A stretch of 64,000 nucleotides of DNA from Bacteroidota bacterium (GCA_003153435.1 PLYR01000104.1:2796-66795), one strand, 5' to 3'. Counted from the stretch's first letter, positions 18,650 to 28,512 are shown. Notes: a model not told the origin generated them from the sequence alone. A program made the numbers and translations.

Positions 18650-19009
18650 ATGAGCAAAGTATGTGCAGCATGTGGGGAACTCTTTTCGGGCCGTACCGAT
18701 AAAAAATTCTGTTCTGATTCCTGCCGAAATTTCTTCCATAACAAGCAAAACAGTGAAGCAAGCAATTACCTTCGGAGTGTTAACAATATCCTTCGAAAAA
18801 ACAGGAGAATCCTACATGATCTGCTCACAGAGAAGGATACCCTGACTTGCTCTCGTGCCAAACTCCTGGAGCATGGCTTTGACTTCACTTTTTTTACCGG
18901 AACATTTACGAACAGAAACGGGGACATCTATTTCTTTTGTTACGAATTCGGATACCTGCCTTTGAAGAATGATTATTTTTGCCTGGTACGCAAACGGATA
19001 TCCGATTGA
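18650..19009 (+). CDS. hypothetical protein with N-terminal CxxC...CxxxC zinc-ribbon-like motif
   Basis: CAACGELFSGRTDKKFCSDSC four-Cys motif. The ORF track starts at a TTG at 18641; the first ATG is at 18650. The stop overlaps the next gene start (TTGA). Confidence 0.45.
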   Translation: MSKVCAACGELFSGRTDKKFCSDSCRNFFHNKQNSEASNYLRSVNNILRKNRRILHDLLTEKDTLTCSRAKLLEHGFDFTFFTGTFTNRNGDIYFFCYEFGYLPLKNDYFCLVRKRISD

Positions 19010-19551
19010 AAATTCCTTTCTATCTTCTTCTATACCCTTCCGGGCCTGGGAATGACCTCGTGCTTAGACTGAAAAAAGAACTGAGTGATACCCAGGCTTA
19101 TAAAAACAATTCGTTAAACGCCCCCCCTCACTGGACCTTATGCAGCTTTGCTGTGAAAGCCGGACAGGAGCAGGAGCTTCTGGATCAACTCGATCAGCTG
19201 GCCCCAACTGTTCAGGGGCTGACAACTCTTACCGCCGGAATTTCTTCTTTTCATTCAACAGGTACACTGTACGTTGATTTGAAGGAGAAAGAGCATTGCA
19301 TGGCCCTGCAACTGGAAATCGTTCAAGAGTTAAAAAAACGCTTGCCTTTTCTGAAAAGAAATATGCTTATCGCTTCAGTACCCCATCTTACCATTATCCG
19401 TGGGGTGAAGGCTGACTTGTTGGAAGAGATTAAGAAGGAGCTGAAAAACGGTTACGAAGAGTCAGTTTGTAATTTCAATTCTTTATCCCTTCTTCAGGAA
19501 CAGTCTGGAAAAATGAAACTGCTAAAGAGTTGGAACCTCCATGAGAAGTAA
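19006..19551 (+). CDS. 2H phosphoesterase superfamily protein (LigT / 2'-5' RNA ligase-like)
   Basis: Two H-x-T/S-x motifs spaced as in the 2H family (HWTLC and PHLTII). There is no in-frame ATG. The proposed TTG start at 19006 gives MKIPFYLLLYP, which matches the first beta-strand of LigT-like proteins. The TTG at 18979 is an alternative. Confidence 0.45.
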   Translation: MKIPFYLLLYPSGPGNDLVLRLKKELSDTQAYKNNSLNAPPHWTLCSFAVKAGQEQELLDQLDQLAPTVQGLTTLTAGISSFHSTGTLYVDLKEKEHCMALQLEIVQELKKRLPFLKRNMLIASVPHLTIIRGVKADLLEEIKKELKNGYEESVCNFNSLSLLQEQSGKMKLLKSWNLHEK

Positions 19552-19555
19552 GGTT

Positions 19556-20083
19556 TTATTGGACAGAATTTCTTTCCAGTTCTTTTAAAACCTTTCTGGA
19601 TCGCGCCAGAAAGCCTGGGCTTCCGTGAACAGCTTGTTCTTTCAGAATCAACTTGAGTTCTTGTTGGAGATCAGGTTCCGACTTACATAAATTGGCCAGT
19701 ACGGTCATGCTGAAAACTTTTACCGCTACCGGTTCAGAAGAGCTTTGAAGGAAGTGGAAACAGCTTTCTGCCAGGAGTCCCTGTAGTCTTGATGGGACAT
19801 TCATAAATTGAAGAATTCGAACCGTATTTCGCTTGACTGCATCCGGAAGGCCGGGCTGAGTTAAGTTGCGGATGATTTTTTCAAGCCATCCATTCAATAG
19901 GCCTGGGTAAATACTGACACAGATATTCACTACGCCGGCAGCCCGTTGTGTAACCCGGTACTCCTTTCCCAAAAAAAGCTTCATGAGTTCTGAAAAACGT
20001 TTTTTATCCTCGCCGATAAAATCGGCAATAGACATCATTTGTTTTTTGGAGTGTTCTTTCAATAAGGCTTGACGGATATCCAT
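19556..20083 (-). CDS. hypothetical HEAT-like helical protein (possibly DNA alkylation repair AlkC/AlkD-like)
   Basis: All-helical repeat composition. The start was moved to the ATG at 20083 (MDIRQALL), because the track's GTG start at 20116 lies inside the susD terminator hairpin. Confidence 0.35.
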   Translation of the reverse strand: MDIRQALLKEHSKKQMMSIADFIGEDKKRFSELMKLFLGKEYRVTQRAAGVVNICVSIYPGLLNGWLEKIIRNLTQPGLPDAVKRNTVRILQFMNVPSRLQGLLAESCFHFLQSSSEPVAVKVFSMTVLANLCKSEPDLQQELKLILKEQAVHGSPGFLARSRKVLKELERNSVQ

Positions 20084-20106
20084 TGTGAAAAGGTATAAAG
20101 AAAAAA

Positions 20107-20132
20107 GGCTGCTCACATTGAGCAGCCTTTTT
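20107..20132 (-). terminator. rho-independent terminator hairpin (GGCTGCTC-acatt-GAGCAGCC) flanked by A and T runs, downstream of susD
   Basis: 8-bp GC-rich stem, 5-nt loop and a TTTTT tail. Seen in the sequence. Confidence 0.7.
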
Positions 20133-20152
20133 ATTAAGAATAGATCCTGAAA

Positions 20153-21517
20153 CTATTGGGCAAACCAAACCGGTGTGCTCAATGGAATAAACACCGCATT
20201 TGAATTGGCTGCTTCTTCTGCCAGGTCTGTTGGGAGGCGTTTTGGAATGTAATTTAACGCTGCTCCCGGACGAATTTTCAGCATAGGGAAACCAGTTCTC
20301 CGGTAATCCGCATAAGCTTCCAAAGGCTGACCGAACATCGCTTTCCATTTCTCAAGCATTACCGTATGCACCGTTGCAGTAAGCGGTGTGTATTTGGTAA
20401 GTCTGTAATAGCCTGTAGTGTCTCCATTTCTTACCGCGCTTACGCTTGCAAGGATGGCATTGTTCAGCACTAAAGCCGTGGTAGGGTCGCTGGTACGGGC
20501 AAGAGCTTCTGCCTGAATGAATAAGGCTTCAGCATAGGTAACCAAAGGTGTAGGCAGGTTTTCAGCCGCGTTGTAGAGATAAGGTCCTAAAGCAGATGTA
20601 CCGTTGGAAGTACCAAGTGGGCATCCAATAGGTCCAGTTCCGCTTGTACCGGTAGTGTCAAAGTACCATGGAGTACGTGGGTCGTTCATATTACCCATGG
20701 AATCGATGAGGGTCTGAGCGGCGAAGTTGTAACCACGTCCATCCTGAAATGCTGCCCACTGATTAGGGTCCGAACTGGTATGCAAAGTCATACAGTTGTC
20801 AGCATTGGATGTCATAGCGTTAGCCAGATCCGCAAGCACATTGGCAGAAGCATTAGGGTCTCTTCTGCTCAATAAATTGTGGTAACGTGCCTTGAGTGTC
20901 CAAGCGGTCTTTATCCAGGCAGCTATATTACCGTTAAAAATCAGATCATCTCCAGCAGGAACAGCCTGGTTGGCTGAAACCGGTTTGTTTAGGTCGACAA
21001 TCGCCTGATCCAGTAAGGTCTGAATACTTCCGAAAATATCGCTCTGAGCATCCATCTTTGGCTGGGTTACATTTCCTTCCAGATTGAATGCCTGGGAATA
21101 AGGAACATCTCCCCACAGTTCAGTAGCAATTCCCAGGTTGATAGCCATGTTTATTTTCGCAATACCCGCATGGTAAGGATAGGCACCTTCATATTGGGTA
21201 TAGAGAAGTTTGGCGTTCTTCATGGCCCCGACATAGAGTCCGGTCCAGTAGTTGTCCATATCAAAAGCACTGAGGATATACTCGTCGTATGCAGTAGACT
21301 GAGCCACGCATCCGCTTTGATACTGCATTAAGATAGCTGAAATTCTACCTAAACCGGATTCATAGTTATTGGTAGTATTTGCTTCAACTCCGGTCAGCAT
21401 GGAAGCTGGTGTGGCTGTTGCAGGTTGGTTTGGGTTTTTGTAAAGGTCATCACCTTTTCTGCAACCACTTAAAGCTGCAACTGCAAAGGCAAGAATCAAT
21501 ATATTTTTTGTTTTCAT
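20153..21517 (-). CDS. SusD/RagB-family nutrient-binding outer-membrane lipoprotein
   Basis: Lipoprotein signal MKTKNILILAFAVAALSGC, and an all-helical TPR-like body with SusD-like composition. It lies immediately downstream of a SusC-like gene with a 27-nt gap. Confidence 0.8.
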   Translation of the reverse strand: MKTKNILILAFAVAALSGCRKGDDLYKNPNQPATATPASMLTGVEANTTNNYESGLGRISAILMQYQSGCVAQSTAYDEYILSAFDMDNYWTGLYVGAMKNAKLLYTQYEGAYPYHAGIAKINMAINLGIATELWGDVPYSQAFNLEGNVTQPKMDAQSDIFGSIQTLLDQAIVDLNKPVSANQAVPAGDDLIFNGNIAAWIKTAWTLKARYHNLLSRRDPNASANVLADLANAMTSNADNCMTLHTSSDPNQWAAFQDGRGYNFAAQTLIDSMGNMNDPRTPWYFDTTGTSGTGPIGCPLGTSNGTSALGPYLYNAAENLPTPLVTYAEALFIQAEALARTSDPTTALVLNNAILASVSAVRNGDTTGYYRLTKYTPLTATVHTVMLEKWKAMFGQPLEAYADYRRTGFPMLKIRPGAALNYIPKRLPTDLAEEAANSNAVFIPLSTPVWFAQ

Positions 21518-21544
21518 GTTTCTATGTTTTGGAATTGAGCTTGA

Positions 21545-24500
21545 TTAAAGACCTACTTTTATGTTAAACATATAGGATTTGGTATTGGGGTTATTGAAAT
21601 AATCCCAACCATTGATCTGAGAACCTGCACCGGTAAGGCTGGTTTCAGGATCCACTCCGGTATATTTAGTGAAGAGCAGCAGGTTTCTTGCACTCACTCC
21701 GAGTTCCACATACTGAACAAAACATTTTTTCTCTGGTTTAGCCAGATTGAAACGGTAGCTCAGATTAACAGAACGCAAACGTACCCATCCACCATTCTGA
21801 ATACTGTTCTCTGCAGGACCGTTTTGTCCAAGATAATCCGAGAAGTAAGTTTTAGCATCGATAGAGGTAGTGTTTTGTGCACCTGGGTGTGCTGTACCTG
21901 GACCATATACTCCATCAACGGTGTAAGTCTGGTTACGAGCATCGGATGCATCAGAACGTCCGCGGGAGTTCAAGCTGGAAAGTGTTCCGTTCCAGATCAT
22001 ACCTCCGTGACGAACATCCCAAAGGAAGCTGAAGCTAAGGTTTTTGTACTTTAAGATGTTATTCATACCAGCCAGCCAGTCAGGGTTGGGGTTACCAAGC
22101 ACCTGTGGGTTTGGGTTCAGCATCGGAACTCCATTGTCTCCGATCTGAAGCCTTCCGTTAGCGTCACGCAACCAGGCAGTTCCATAAAGGGTACCTACTG
22201 CATGATTCGGAAGAGCTACTGCCTGAGGATCTCCAAAACCTTGTTCAATATTGATGAAGTTAACCCCGGTAGGGAGTGCACCAACAGAATTCACGTTTTT
22301 GCTCCAGTTGGTCATGATGGTCCAGGTGAAATCTTTCATCTTGATTGGAACAAGGCCCAGGGCAATTTCAGTTCCTTTGTTATCAATCTCAGCAAAGTTG
22401 GTGAATTTGTACTGATAGCCTGTGCTTGGTGCTTCTGGAAGAAGGATCAGTACATCTGTTGTTTTTCTGGAGTACAAAGCAAGGTCCAAAGTAACACGAG
22501 AGTCAAAGAAACGAAGGTCAAGACCGCCTTCAATTTCGTTTGTTTTCTCAGGCTTCAAAGCTGGATCGTTGAGTGCATTGCTGATACCGAAGGCGGTATT
22601 CCCGTTGTAAGGGAAACCAAGTCCGTTTGTCCATCCGTCCGCAATAATAGGAGTTGCATAATTGGTCAATGTAGAGTAGGGTGCAGGAGCTTTACCAACA
22701 CTGGCAAAAGAAGCTCTAGCTTTTCCAAAGGAGAACCATTTTGGAAGCTTAATGGTTTCACTGAATACCCAGCTCAAATCAGCTTTAGGGTAGAAGAAGC
22801 TTTTGCCGTCCCGTCCGAAACTGGTGTTCCATTCGTTACGAGCTGCTACATCAAGATAAATAGCGCGTTTGTAATCAACAGAAACATCTGCCAGAACCGC
22901 ATCCGAATGTTGGTATTGTTCGTAGTTGCTGTTGTATAGGGTTGCAGCATTCGAGAAGTTGTAGAAACCTGGGATCAGAAGGCCTCTTCCGCGGGCAAAT
23001 ACCGAGGAGTACTGATCGTAGAAGAAGTTGAATCCGGCCATAGCACTGAAACCGATGTCTTCGGTGAGCTGCGTATTGAATTTACCAAGGATATCCTGGT
23101 AAATCTGTCTGCTGTCAATGTTGGTGCGGTTTACCTGTCCAAGTTGATCATTCAGGTCATCTCCCATGGAGCCTACAGCAAAAATCTGCTGGTTGCTGGT
23201 ATGGTAGGCATCAACCCCGGTCCTTGAGGTCAGTGTGATCTTTTCGGTAGGGTGAAGATTGAAGAAGATGTTACCAAACATACGGTTGGTCTCATCCGTA
23301 AAAGGATTTTCGTTGGTAGTGAACCAGGTGTTATCGTAGGTACCATAGTACTGACGCTGGGTTCCGTTTGGCAGCAGATACTGGCTTCCGTCGAAATTGA
23401 TCGGCATACGAAGCAAAGAAAGCATGGTTCCGGAAAGATTGGATCCGTTTTGTGGCTTTTCAGTTGCTGTATTCGCGTAAGAAACACTTGCACCAAAGTC
23501 AAGCCATTTGTTCACCTTGTGATCTGCATTGATATGCACACTGGTTCTGTCCAGTTTTGAAGTTGGAACGATACCGGTCTGGTGTGTATTACCAATGCTC
23601 AGACGGATTGATGAATTGTCATTTCCGGAAGAAATCGCTACGTTATTATTAGTAGTAATGCCGGTCTGGAAGAAATTTCCGGGGTTATCATAAACCTTTA
23701 AACCGGGAATTGTACTTGCAGCAGGGCCCCAACTGTAACCGGTACCAGGAGTCAATACGGCATATCCGGGTCCCGGTCCATAAGTAAGAGGGTGGTATGC
23801 TGCGGTCGACTGGCTGTTGCCAGCCCAGGTTCCCTGAACATAATCATTTTGCAATCCAGGTAATTTATTTACCTGATCCATAGCAACGGAAGAGCTGTAT
23901 GTAACAGACATTTTACCTGGTTTGCCACGTTTAGTAGTATAGATGATAGCACCGTTGGCTCCTTTGGAACCATAAAGTGCAGCAGCAGCTGCACCTTTGA
24001 GAATAGTAACGGATTCGATATCGTCCGGATTGATGTCCAGTCCACGATTGGACTCGTTTACACCAGTCAGATTCGCATTATAAGGGTTATCCCCTGCGCT
24101 TACGTTATTTACGCTGTTGTCAACTGGAACTCCATCTACAACAATCATAGGTGTATTATCCAGAAAGAGGGAGTTTGTTCCACGAATCTGAATTTTGGTA
24201 GAAGCACCAGGAGTTCCTCCGGAACCTGTAACCTGAACACCCGGAGCCTTAGCAGCAAGAGCTTCTAAAGCATTGGTTTCACCCGATTCCCGTACAGCAT
24301 CACCGCTTACAGTCGAAACCGAGTATCCAAGGGCTTTTGTTTCCTTGGTAACACCCAGAGCGGTTACAACCACTTCTTTAATTTCAATTCCCACTTTCAT
24401 GCTCACATTCACCTCACCGGTTGTTCCGGCAGGAAGAGTTTGTGTAGCCATACCCACATATGAAAATACAAGCTTCGCATCCGCCGATGGCACATCTATC

Positions 24501-24691
24501 TTGTAAGCTCCATTGACATCTGTAACTACTCCTTTAGTAGTACCTTCTACTTTGACGACGACACCAGGGAGTGGCTGGCCATCATCACTAGCTTTCACTA
24601 CACCTTTGACAGAAGTCTGGGCGAAGGCTCCAGTTGCCGTAAGCAACAGAAATAGTAAAAACACTTGCCATTTTTGTTTCATTTGTTTCAT
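21545..24691 (-). CDS. SusC/RagA-family TonB-dependent outer-membrane transporter (CarboxypepD_reg N-terminal extension, plug, 22-strand barrel)
   Basis: Signal peptide, N-terminal VKGVVKASDDGQPLPGVVVKVEGTTKGVVTDVNGAYKI (CarboxypepD_reg-like), a plug region, a C-terminal beta-barrel with terminal aromatic residue, 1048 aa. Confidence 0.85.
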   Translation of the reverse strand: MKQMKQKWQVFLLFLLLTATGAFAQTSVKGVVKASDDGQPLPGVVVKVEGTTKGVVTDVNGAYKIDVPSADAKLVFSYVGMATQTLPAGTTGEVNVSMKVGIEIKEVVVTALGVTKETKALGYSVSTVSGDAVRESGETNALEALAAKAPGVQVTGSGGTPGASTKIQIRGTNSLFLDNTPMIVVDGVPVDNSVNNVSAGDNPYNANLTGVNESNRGLDINPDDIESVTILKGAAAAALYGSKGANGAIIYTTKRGKPGKMSVTYSSSVAMDQVNKLPGLQNDYVQGTWAGNSQSTAAYHPLTYGPGPGYAVLTPGTGYSWGPAASTIPGLKVYDNPGNFFQTGITTNNNVAISSGNDNSSIRLSIGNTHQTGIVPTSKLDRTSVHINADHKVNKWLDFGASVSYANTATEKPQNGSNLSGTMLSLLRMPINFDGSQYLLPNGTQRQYYGTYDNTWFTTNENPFTDETNRMFGNIFFNLHPTEKITLTSRTGVDAYHTSNQQIFAVGSMGDDLNDQLGQVNRTNIDSRQIYQDILGKFNTQLTEDIGFSAMAGFNFFYDQYSSVFARGRGLLIPGFYNFSNAATLYNSNYEQYQHSDAVLADVSVDYKRAIYLDVAARNEWNTSFGRDGKSFFYPKADLSWVFSETIKLPKWFSFGKARASFASVGKAPAPYSTLTNYATPIIADGWTNGLGFPYNGNTAFGISNALNDPALKPEKTNEIEGGLDLRFFDSRVTLDLALYSRKTTDVLILLPEAPSTGYQYKFTNFAEIDNKGTEIALGLVPIKMKDFTWTIMTNWSKNVNSVGALPTGVNFINIEQGFGDPQAVALPNHAVGTLYGTAWLRDANGRLQIGDNGVPMLNPNPQVLGNPNPDWLAGMNNILKYKNLSFSFLWDVRHGGMIWNGTLSSLNSRGRSDASDARNQTYTVDGVYGPGTAHPGAQNTTSIDAKTYFSDYLGQNGPAENSIQNGGWVRLRSVNLSYRFNLAKPEKKCFVQYVELGVSARNLLLFTKYTGVDPETSLTGAGSQINGWDYFNNPNTKSYMFNIKVGL

Positions 24692-25101
24692 TGTTTATGT
24701 TGATTTTTATTGAACTGATTGTATTTATTTAGGTTGAAGATTTACGAAGGGAAAAGGTTTCATTTTTAACATTCTTTAGCAATTTTTCGGGGTAAATGTA
24801 TTCAAATTATATCACCCCATCAATGGACGGTTAATTATCCGGACAGGCGGCCAAAAGTAGTAAAAAATTAATGATAAGATAATAAAGAGACTTCCTCCAA
24901 TGAATTGGAAGAAATCAGATGGCCATTCGTCACTGAAATTTGAATATTGATCGAAACTACCCTTAATCTTGTCTTCAAAGACCTCCCTGTTTCTGCTCTG
25001 TTAATTTGGCATAAATAAGACCCGGAATGGATCCGGACACGAATGCTTTCATCTTTTTGGAAAGTTTATAAATAAGGAGGATGCTTGATCGAAATTGCGC
25101 T

Positions 25102-25109
25102 TAAATTTG
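25102..25109 (+). promoter_or_regulatory. Bacteroidota-type -7 promoter element TAAATTTG (TAnnTTTG) upstream of recN
   Basis: Matches the established Bacteroidetes sigma-A -7 consensus. It lies 20 nt upstream of the recN ATG. The -33 element is not convincing. Confidence 0.35.
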
Positions 25110-25128
25110 CCATTCGGTTTAAATCTAT

Positions 25129-26790
25129 ATGATTCAGGAACTTTCAATCTCTAATTATGCACTGATAGACCAGCTGGATATTGTTTTTCAGCCAGGTCTT
25201 ACCATTATTACAGGGGAAACCGGTGCTGGAAAATCGATTCTCCTGGGTGCTCTGGGATTAATTCTGGGACAAAGAGCCGATACCGGGAGCTTACAGGATA
25301 AATCCAAAAAATGTACTGTTGAAGCCGTTTTTAGTATTAAGGGCCTGAACCTCGAAAGCTTTTTCAGCCTGCATGATTTGGATTATTCGGAAGTTTGTAC
25401 CATTCGCCGTGAAATTAGTATCGAAGGAAAAGGGCGTGCATTTGTAAATGACACTCCTGTTAATTTGCAGATACTGAAGGAGATAGGATCGAATTTGATT
25501 GATATTCATTCCCAGCATGAAACTCTAACCCTCAGTGATTCCGCCTTTCAACTCGCAGTATTGGATGCTTTTGCAGCAAATGAAACGTTGTTAAAGGACT
25601 ATCAGACTATATATCAACTTTACCGCAAGCTTGAGTCGAAGTTCAAAAGCCTGATCGAAGAAGAGGCTGCCTCCAAAAGGGATCTGGATTACTACCAGTT
25701 TCAATTTAACGAACTGGAGCTTGCTGCTTTGGATAAACTGAATCTGGAACAACTGGAATCAGAGCTGGAAGTACTAAATAATGCAGAGGAAATTAAAATT
25801 CACCTCAACCGGGCTTCCTCTTCTCTCAATGGAGGAGAAGTAAATTTGATTACCTCACTGAACGAAATCAAAACAATTCTTAGCGGGCTATCCCGGTTCA
25901 ATTCGTCTTTTGTGGAGCTCTCCGGGCGAATTAACAGTTCTTTTATTGAACTCAAAGATATTGCATCTGAGCTTGAAACTCTGGAGCAAGGTGTGGTCTT
26001 CGACCCTGATAGAGTAGGGGAGTTGAATATTTGCCTGGACGCGGTCTACCGCCTCTTTCAGAAACATCAGGTTAAAAGTATACCCGAGCTTATTGTTATT
26101 CGGGATGATTTGTCTGGGAAACTTCTCAGCATCGCTTCTCTAGAATCAGCGATTAAGGCTTGTGAAAAGGAACTTCAGAATTGCAAAAAAGCTCTTTTAG
26201 AGAAGGCTTCTACGCTGTCTATAACCAGAAATAAATTCAAAACTATCCTGGAGAAGGAACTCAAACAACTACTCACTCAATTGGGTATGCCGGATGCTTC
26301 GATTCAGGCAAGGTGTCTACCGCTTTCTGAAAACGAAATGAATACTTATGGGTTGGACCGTCTGAATTTTTTCTTCTCTGCCAATAAAGGAGGTGAGATG
26401 AAGGAATTGAATAAAGTTGCATCCGGGGGAGAGTTGTCCCGGTTGATGCTTAGCATCAAGTCTGTCATTGCAAAAAAAACATCACTTCCTGCCATCATCT
26501 TTGATGAAATTGATACCGGGGTCTCCGGCGATATCGCTGATAAAGTGGGTTCTATTATGGAACAGATGGCACTGGGAATGCAGGTGATAACCATTACTCA
26601 TTTGCCTCAGATAGCCAGTAAGGGAGCTACTCATCTTTATGTATATAAAGAAATCACCGCACAAAAAACATTTACCCGGATCAGGCAACTGAAAAAGGAG
26701 GAGCGTATTCAGGAAATTGCAAAGATGCTGAGTACTGGTCAACCTGGACCTGCGGCATTGAAAAATGCAAAAGAGCTTCTGAATTCCTGA
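25129..26790 (+). CDS. recN: DNA repair protein RecN (SMC-like ATPase)
   Basis: Walker A GETGAGKS, a long coiled-coil middle, a C-terminal signature/Walker B region, 553 aa. Confidence 0.9.
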   Translation: MIQELSISNYALIDQLDIVFQPGLTIITGETGAGKSILLGALGLILGQRADTGSLQDKSKKCTVEAVFSIKGLNLESFFSLHDLDYSEVCTIRREISIEGKGRAFVNDTPVNLQILKEIGSNLIDIHSQHETLTLSDSAFQLAVLDAFAANETLLKDYQTIYQLYRKLESKFKSLIEEEAASKRDLDYYQFQFNELELAALDKLNLEQLESELEVLNNAEEIKIHLNRASSSLNGGEVNLITSLNEIKTILSGLSRFNSSFVELSGRINSSFIELKDIASELETLEQGVVFDPDRVGELNICLDAVYRLFQKHQVKSIPELIVIRDDLSGKLLSIASLESAIKACEKELQNCKKALLEKASTLSITRNKFKTILEKELKQLLTQLGMPDASIQARCLPLSENEMNTYGLDRLNFFFSANKGGEMKELNKVASGGELSRLMLSIKSVIAKKTSLPAIIFDEIDTGVSGDIADKVGSIMEQMALGMQVITITHLPQIASKGATHLYVYKEITAQKTFTRIRQLKKEERIQEIAKMLSTGQPGPAALKNAKELLNS

Positions 26791-26808
26791 TCTGCTTGGT
26801 TAATCTCT

Positions 26809-26816
26809 TATATTTG
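26809..26816 (+). promoter_or_regulatory. -7 promoter element TATATTTG upstream of fabI
   Basis: TAnnTTTG match, 42 nt upstream of the fabI ATG. Confidence 0.3.
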
Positions 26817-26857
26817 TCTTCTATCACAATTACTTTTCACGCAATAACTTAAAAAAA

Positions 26858-27673
26858 ATGATTTTAAAAGGTAAACGCGGAATTATCAGCGGCGCTTTAG
26901 ATGCCAATTCAATTGCCTGGAAAGTAGCGCAAAAAGCACATGCACAGGGCGCCAAAATTGTGTTGACAAATGCACCTGTAGCGATGCGGATGGGAGAAAT
27001 AAAAAAGCTTTCGACCGAAACAGGAGCAGAGATCATTCCGGCTGATGCAACCAGTATGGAAGACCTGACGAACTTATTCACAAAATCGCAGGAGATTTTG
27101 GGTGGGAAAATCGATTTCGTCCTTCACTCTATTGGGATGTCACCCAATATCCGCAAAAATATTCCGTATACAGAACTTAATTACGACTATTTTATGAAGA
27201 GCCTGGATATCTCTGCTCTCTCTCTTCATAAAATGCTCAGTGCCGCCTATAAGATAGACGCCATTAGTGAGTGGGGCTCTGTGGTGGCTCTTTCCTATAT
27301 AGCTGCACAAAGGACTTATCCATTCTATACCGATATGGCTGATGCAAAAGCGGCACTTGAATCTATCACCCGGAGCTTTGGTTATCATTATGGAAAGGCG
27401 AAAAAAGTCAGGGTTAATACGGTCTCACAATCACCCACTAAAACTACTGCCGGAAATGGAATTAAAGGATTTGAAAATTTTTACAACGTCGCAGATTCCA
27501 TCTCTCCACTAGGAAATGCCAGTGCAGATTCCTGCGCTGATTTCTGCATGACTCTCTTTTCTGATTTTACCAGAATGGTTACCATGCAGAATCTGTTTCA
27601 TGACGGGGGCTACTCCAATACGGGTATCAGTATGGAGCTCATGGAAATCTTTGAGAAGGGGGCAGGTAAATAA
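26858..27673 (+). CDS. fabI: enoyl-[acyl-carrier-protein] reductase (NADH), FabI
   Basis: GKRGIISGAL...SIAW glycine-rich start, DFVLHSIGMSP, and the catalytic Y-x6-K (YTDMADAK). Confidence 0.8.
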   Translation: MILKGKRGIISGALDANSIAWKVAQKAHAQGAKIVLTNAPVAMRMGEIKKLSTETGAEIIPADATSMEDLTNLFTKSQEILGGKIDFVLHSIGMSPNIRKNIPYTELNYDYFMKSLDISALSLHKMLSAAYKIDAISEWGSVVALSYIAAQRTYPFYTDMADAKAALESITRSFGYHYGKAKKVRVNTVSQSPTKTTAGNGIKGFENFYNVADSISPLGNASADSCADFCMTLFSDFTRMVTMQNLFHDGGYSNTGISMELMEIFEKGAGK

Positions 27674-27754
27674 TTTTACTCTTCCGGGTAATAATTAAGG
27701 CTAAATACGGTTATTATTCACAGGATGCTTGGTAAAGCTTAAATCTCTTTTCCC

Positions 27755-28447
27755 TTGTCAAGACAAATCATCATAGGTATTTTCCTGGCATTGATCACCT
27801 CTGCAACCTTTGCCCAAGATGCAGGAAATGACGAAGATGTCAGAAAGGCTATTTATAGCCCCTACCGACTGACGCTCCGAGGAAACGGCCTCATTCCGCA
27901 TCCGATGTTTAATCCGGCCTTTAAGAGAAGCTTTGATGGGATCTATGATGCCACTTTTTCCCTCGATCTTGAATTAAAAAAAGGATTTAACATCGGCTTG
28001 ATGTACAAGAACTCAGGATTTCAGACACCGGCCGATAAAATTGCCCAACTCAATACCAAGCAGCAATATAATGTTGGAGGAATCAGACTTGGCTATGATT
28101 ATTTTATGAGCTCTGTTTCCGTATTCTCCATGGCTGTGAATGCAGGTCAATGCTACATCACTTCTTATGATATCATCCCGCTTAAAGAAACACACCCGAT
28201 TGTAAACCACAACCAAGGGGTATATGTCGAGCCGGAATTATCAGTATCATTTTATACGGATGAACAGTTTGCGTTGGGTTTTAACCTCAGTTATGAGATC
28301 ATCGGCGTACAATTCGACCCTTACAGTCTCGGGCTGGATCAGCATGGGATCAGTTACTCCGACAGCGATCTTCATGGATATACCCAAAATCTGAGTATAG
28401 GATTCCACTTCGTATATTCATTTTTGAAAAAGAAGAAAAGGAAGTAA
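27755..28447 (+). CDS. hypothetical secreted / outer-membrane beta-barrel-like protein (apparent TTG start)
   Basis: Signal peptide ...ATFAQ, alternating hydrophobic beta-strand pattern, C-terminal aromatic-rich end. There is no in-frame ATG at the 5' end. Confidence 0.4.
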   Translation: MSRQIIIGIFLALITSATFAQDAGNDEDVRKAIYSPYRLTLRGNGLIPHPMFNPAFKRSFDGIYDATFSLDLELKKGFNIGLMYKNSGFQTPADKIAQLNTKQQYNVGGIRLGYDYFMSSVSVFSMAVNAGQCYITSYDIIPLKETHPIVNHNQGVYVEPELSVSFYTDEQFALGFNLSYEIIGVQFDPYSLGLDQHGISYSDSDLHGYTQNLSIGFHFVYSFLKKKKRK

Positions 28448-28460
28448 AAGGTGCTTAATG

Positions 28461-28500
28461 CAAAAGCTCCCTGATGCATCAAGCAACAGGGAGCTTTTTA
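28461..28500. terminator. bidirectional rho-independent terminator (AGCTCCCTG-13 nt loop-CAGGGAGCT + T5) between convergent genes
   Basis: 9-bp perfect stem read from the sequence. An A-run lies upstream and a T-run downstream. Confidence 0.7.
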
Positions 28501-28512
28501 GTTATTTCAGAT

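Noticed and set aside
22202-22939. 245-aa plus-strand ORF inside susC, and similar antisense ORFs (11221-11769, 12738-13307, 14680-15219, 40958-41425, 55704-56117, 45654-46031)
   Set aside because: These are shadow ORFs on the opposite strand of long, well-supported genes. They are low-complexity or hydrophobic, with no independent signals.
24692-25128. 437-nt intergenic region between susC and recN, checked for CRISPR repeats, small RNAs or a regulator gene
   Set aside because: No direct repeats with spacers and no ORF with start/stop support. Only AT-rich promoter-like sequence and one TAnnTTTG motif for recN.
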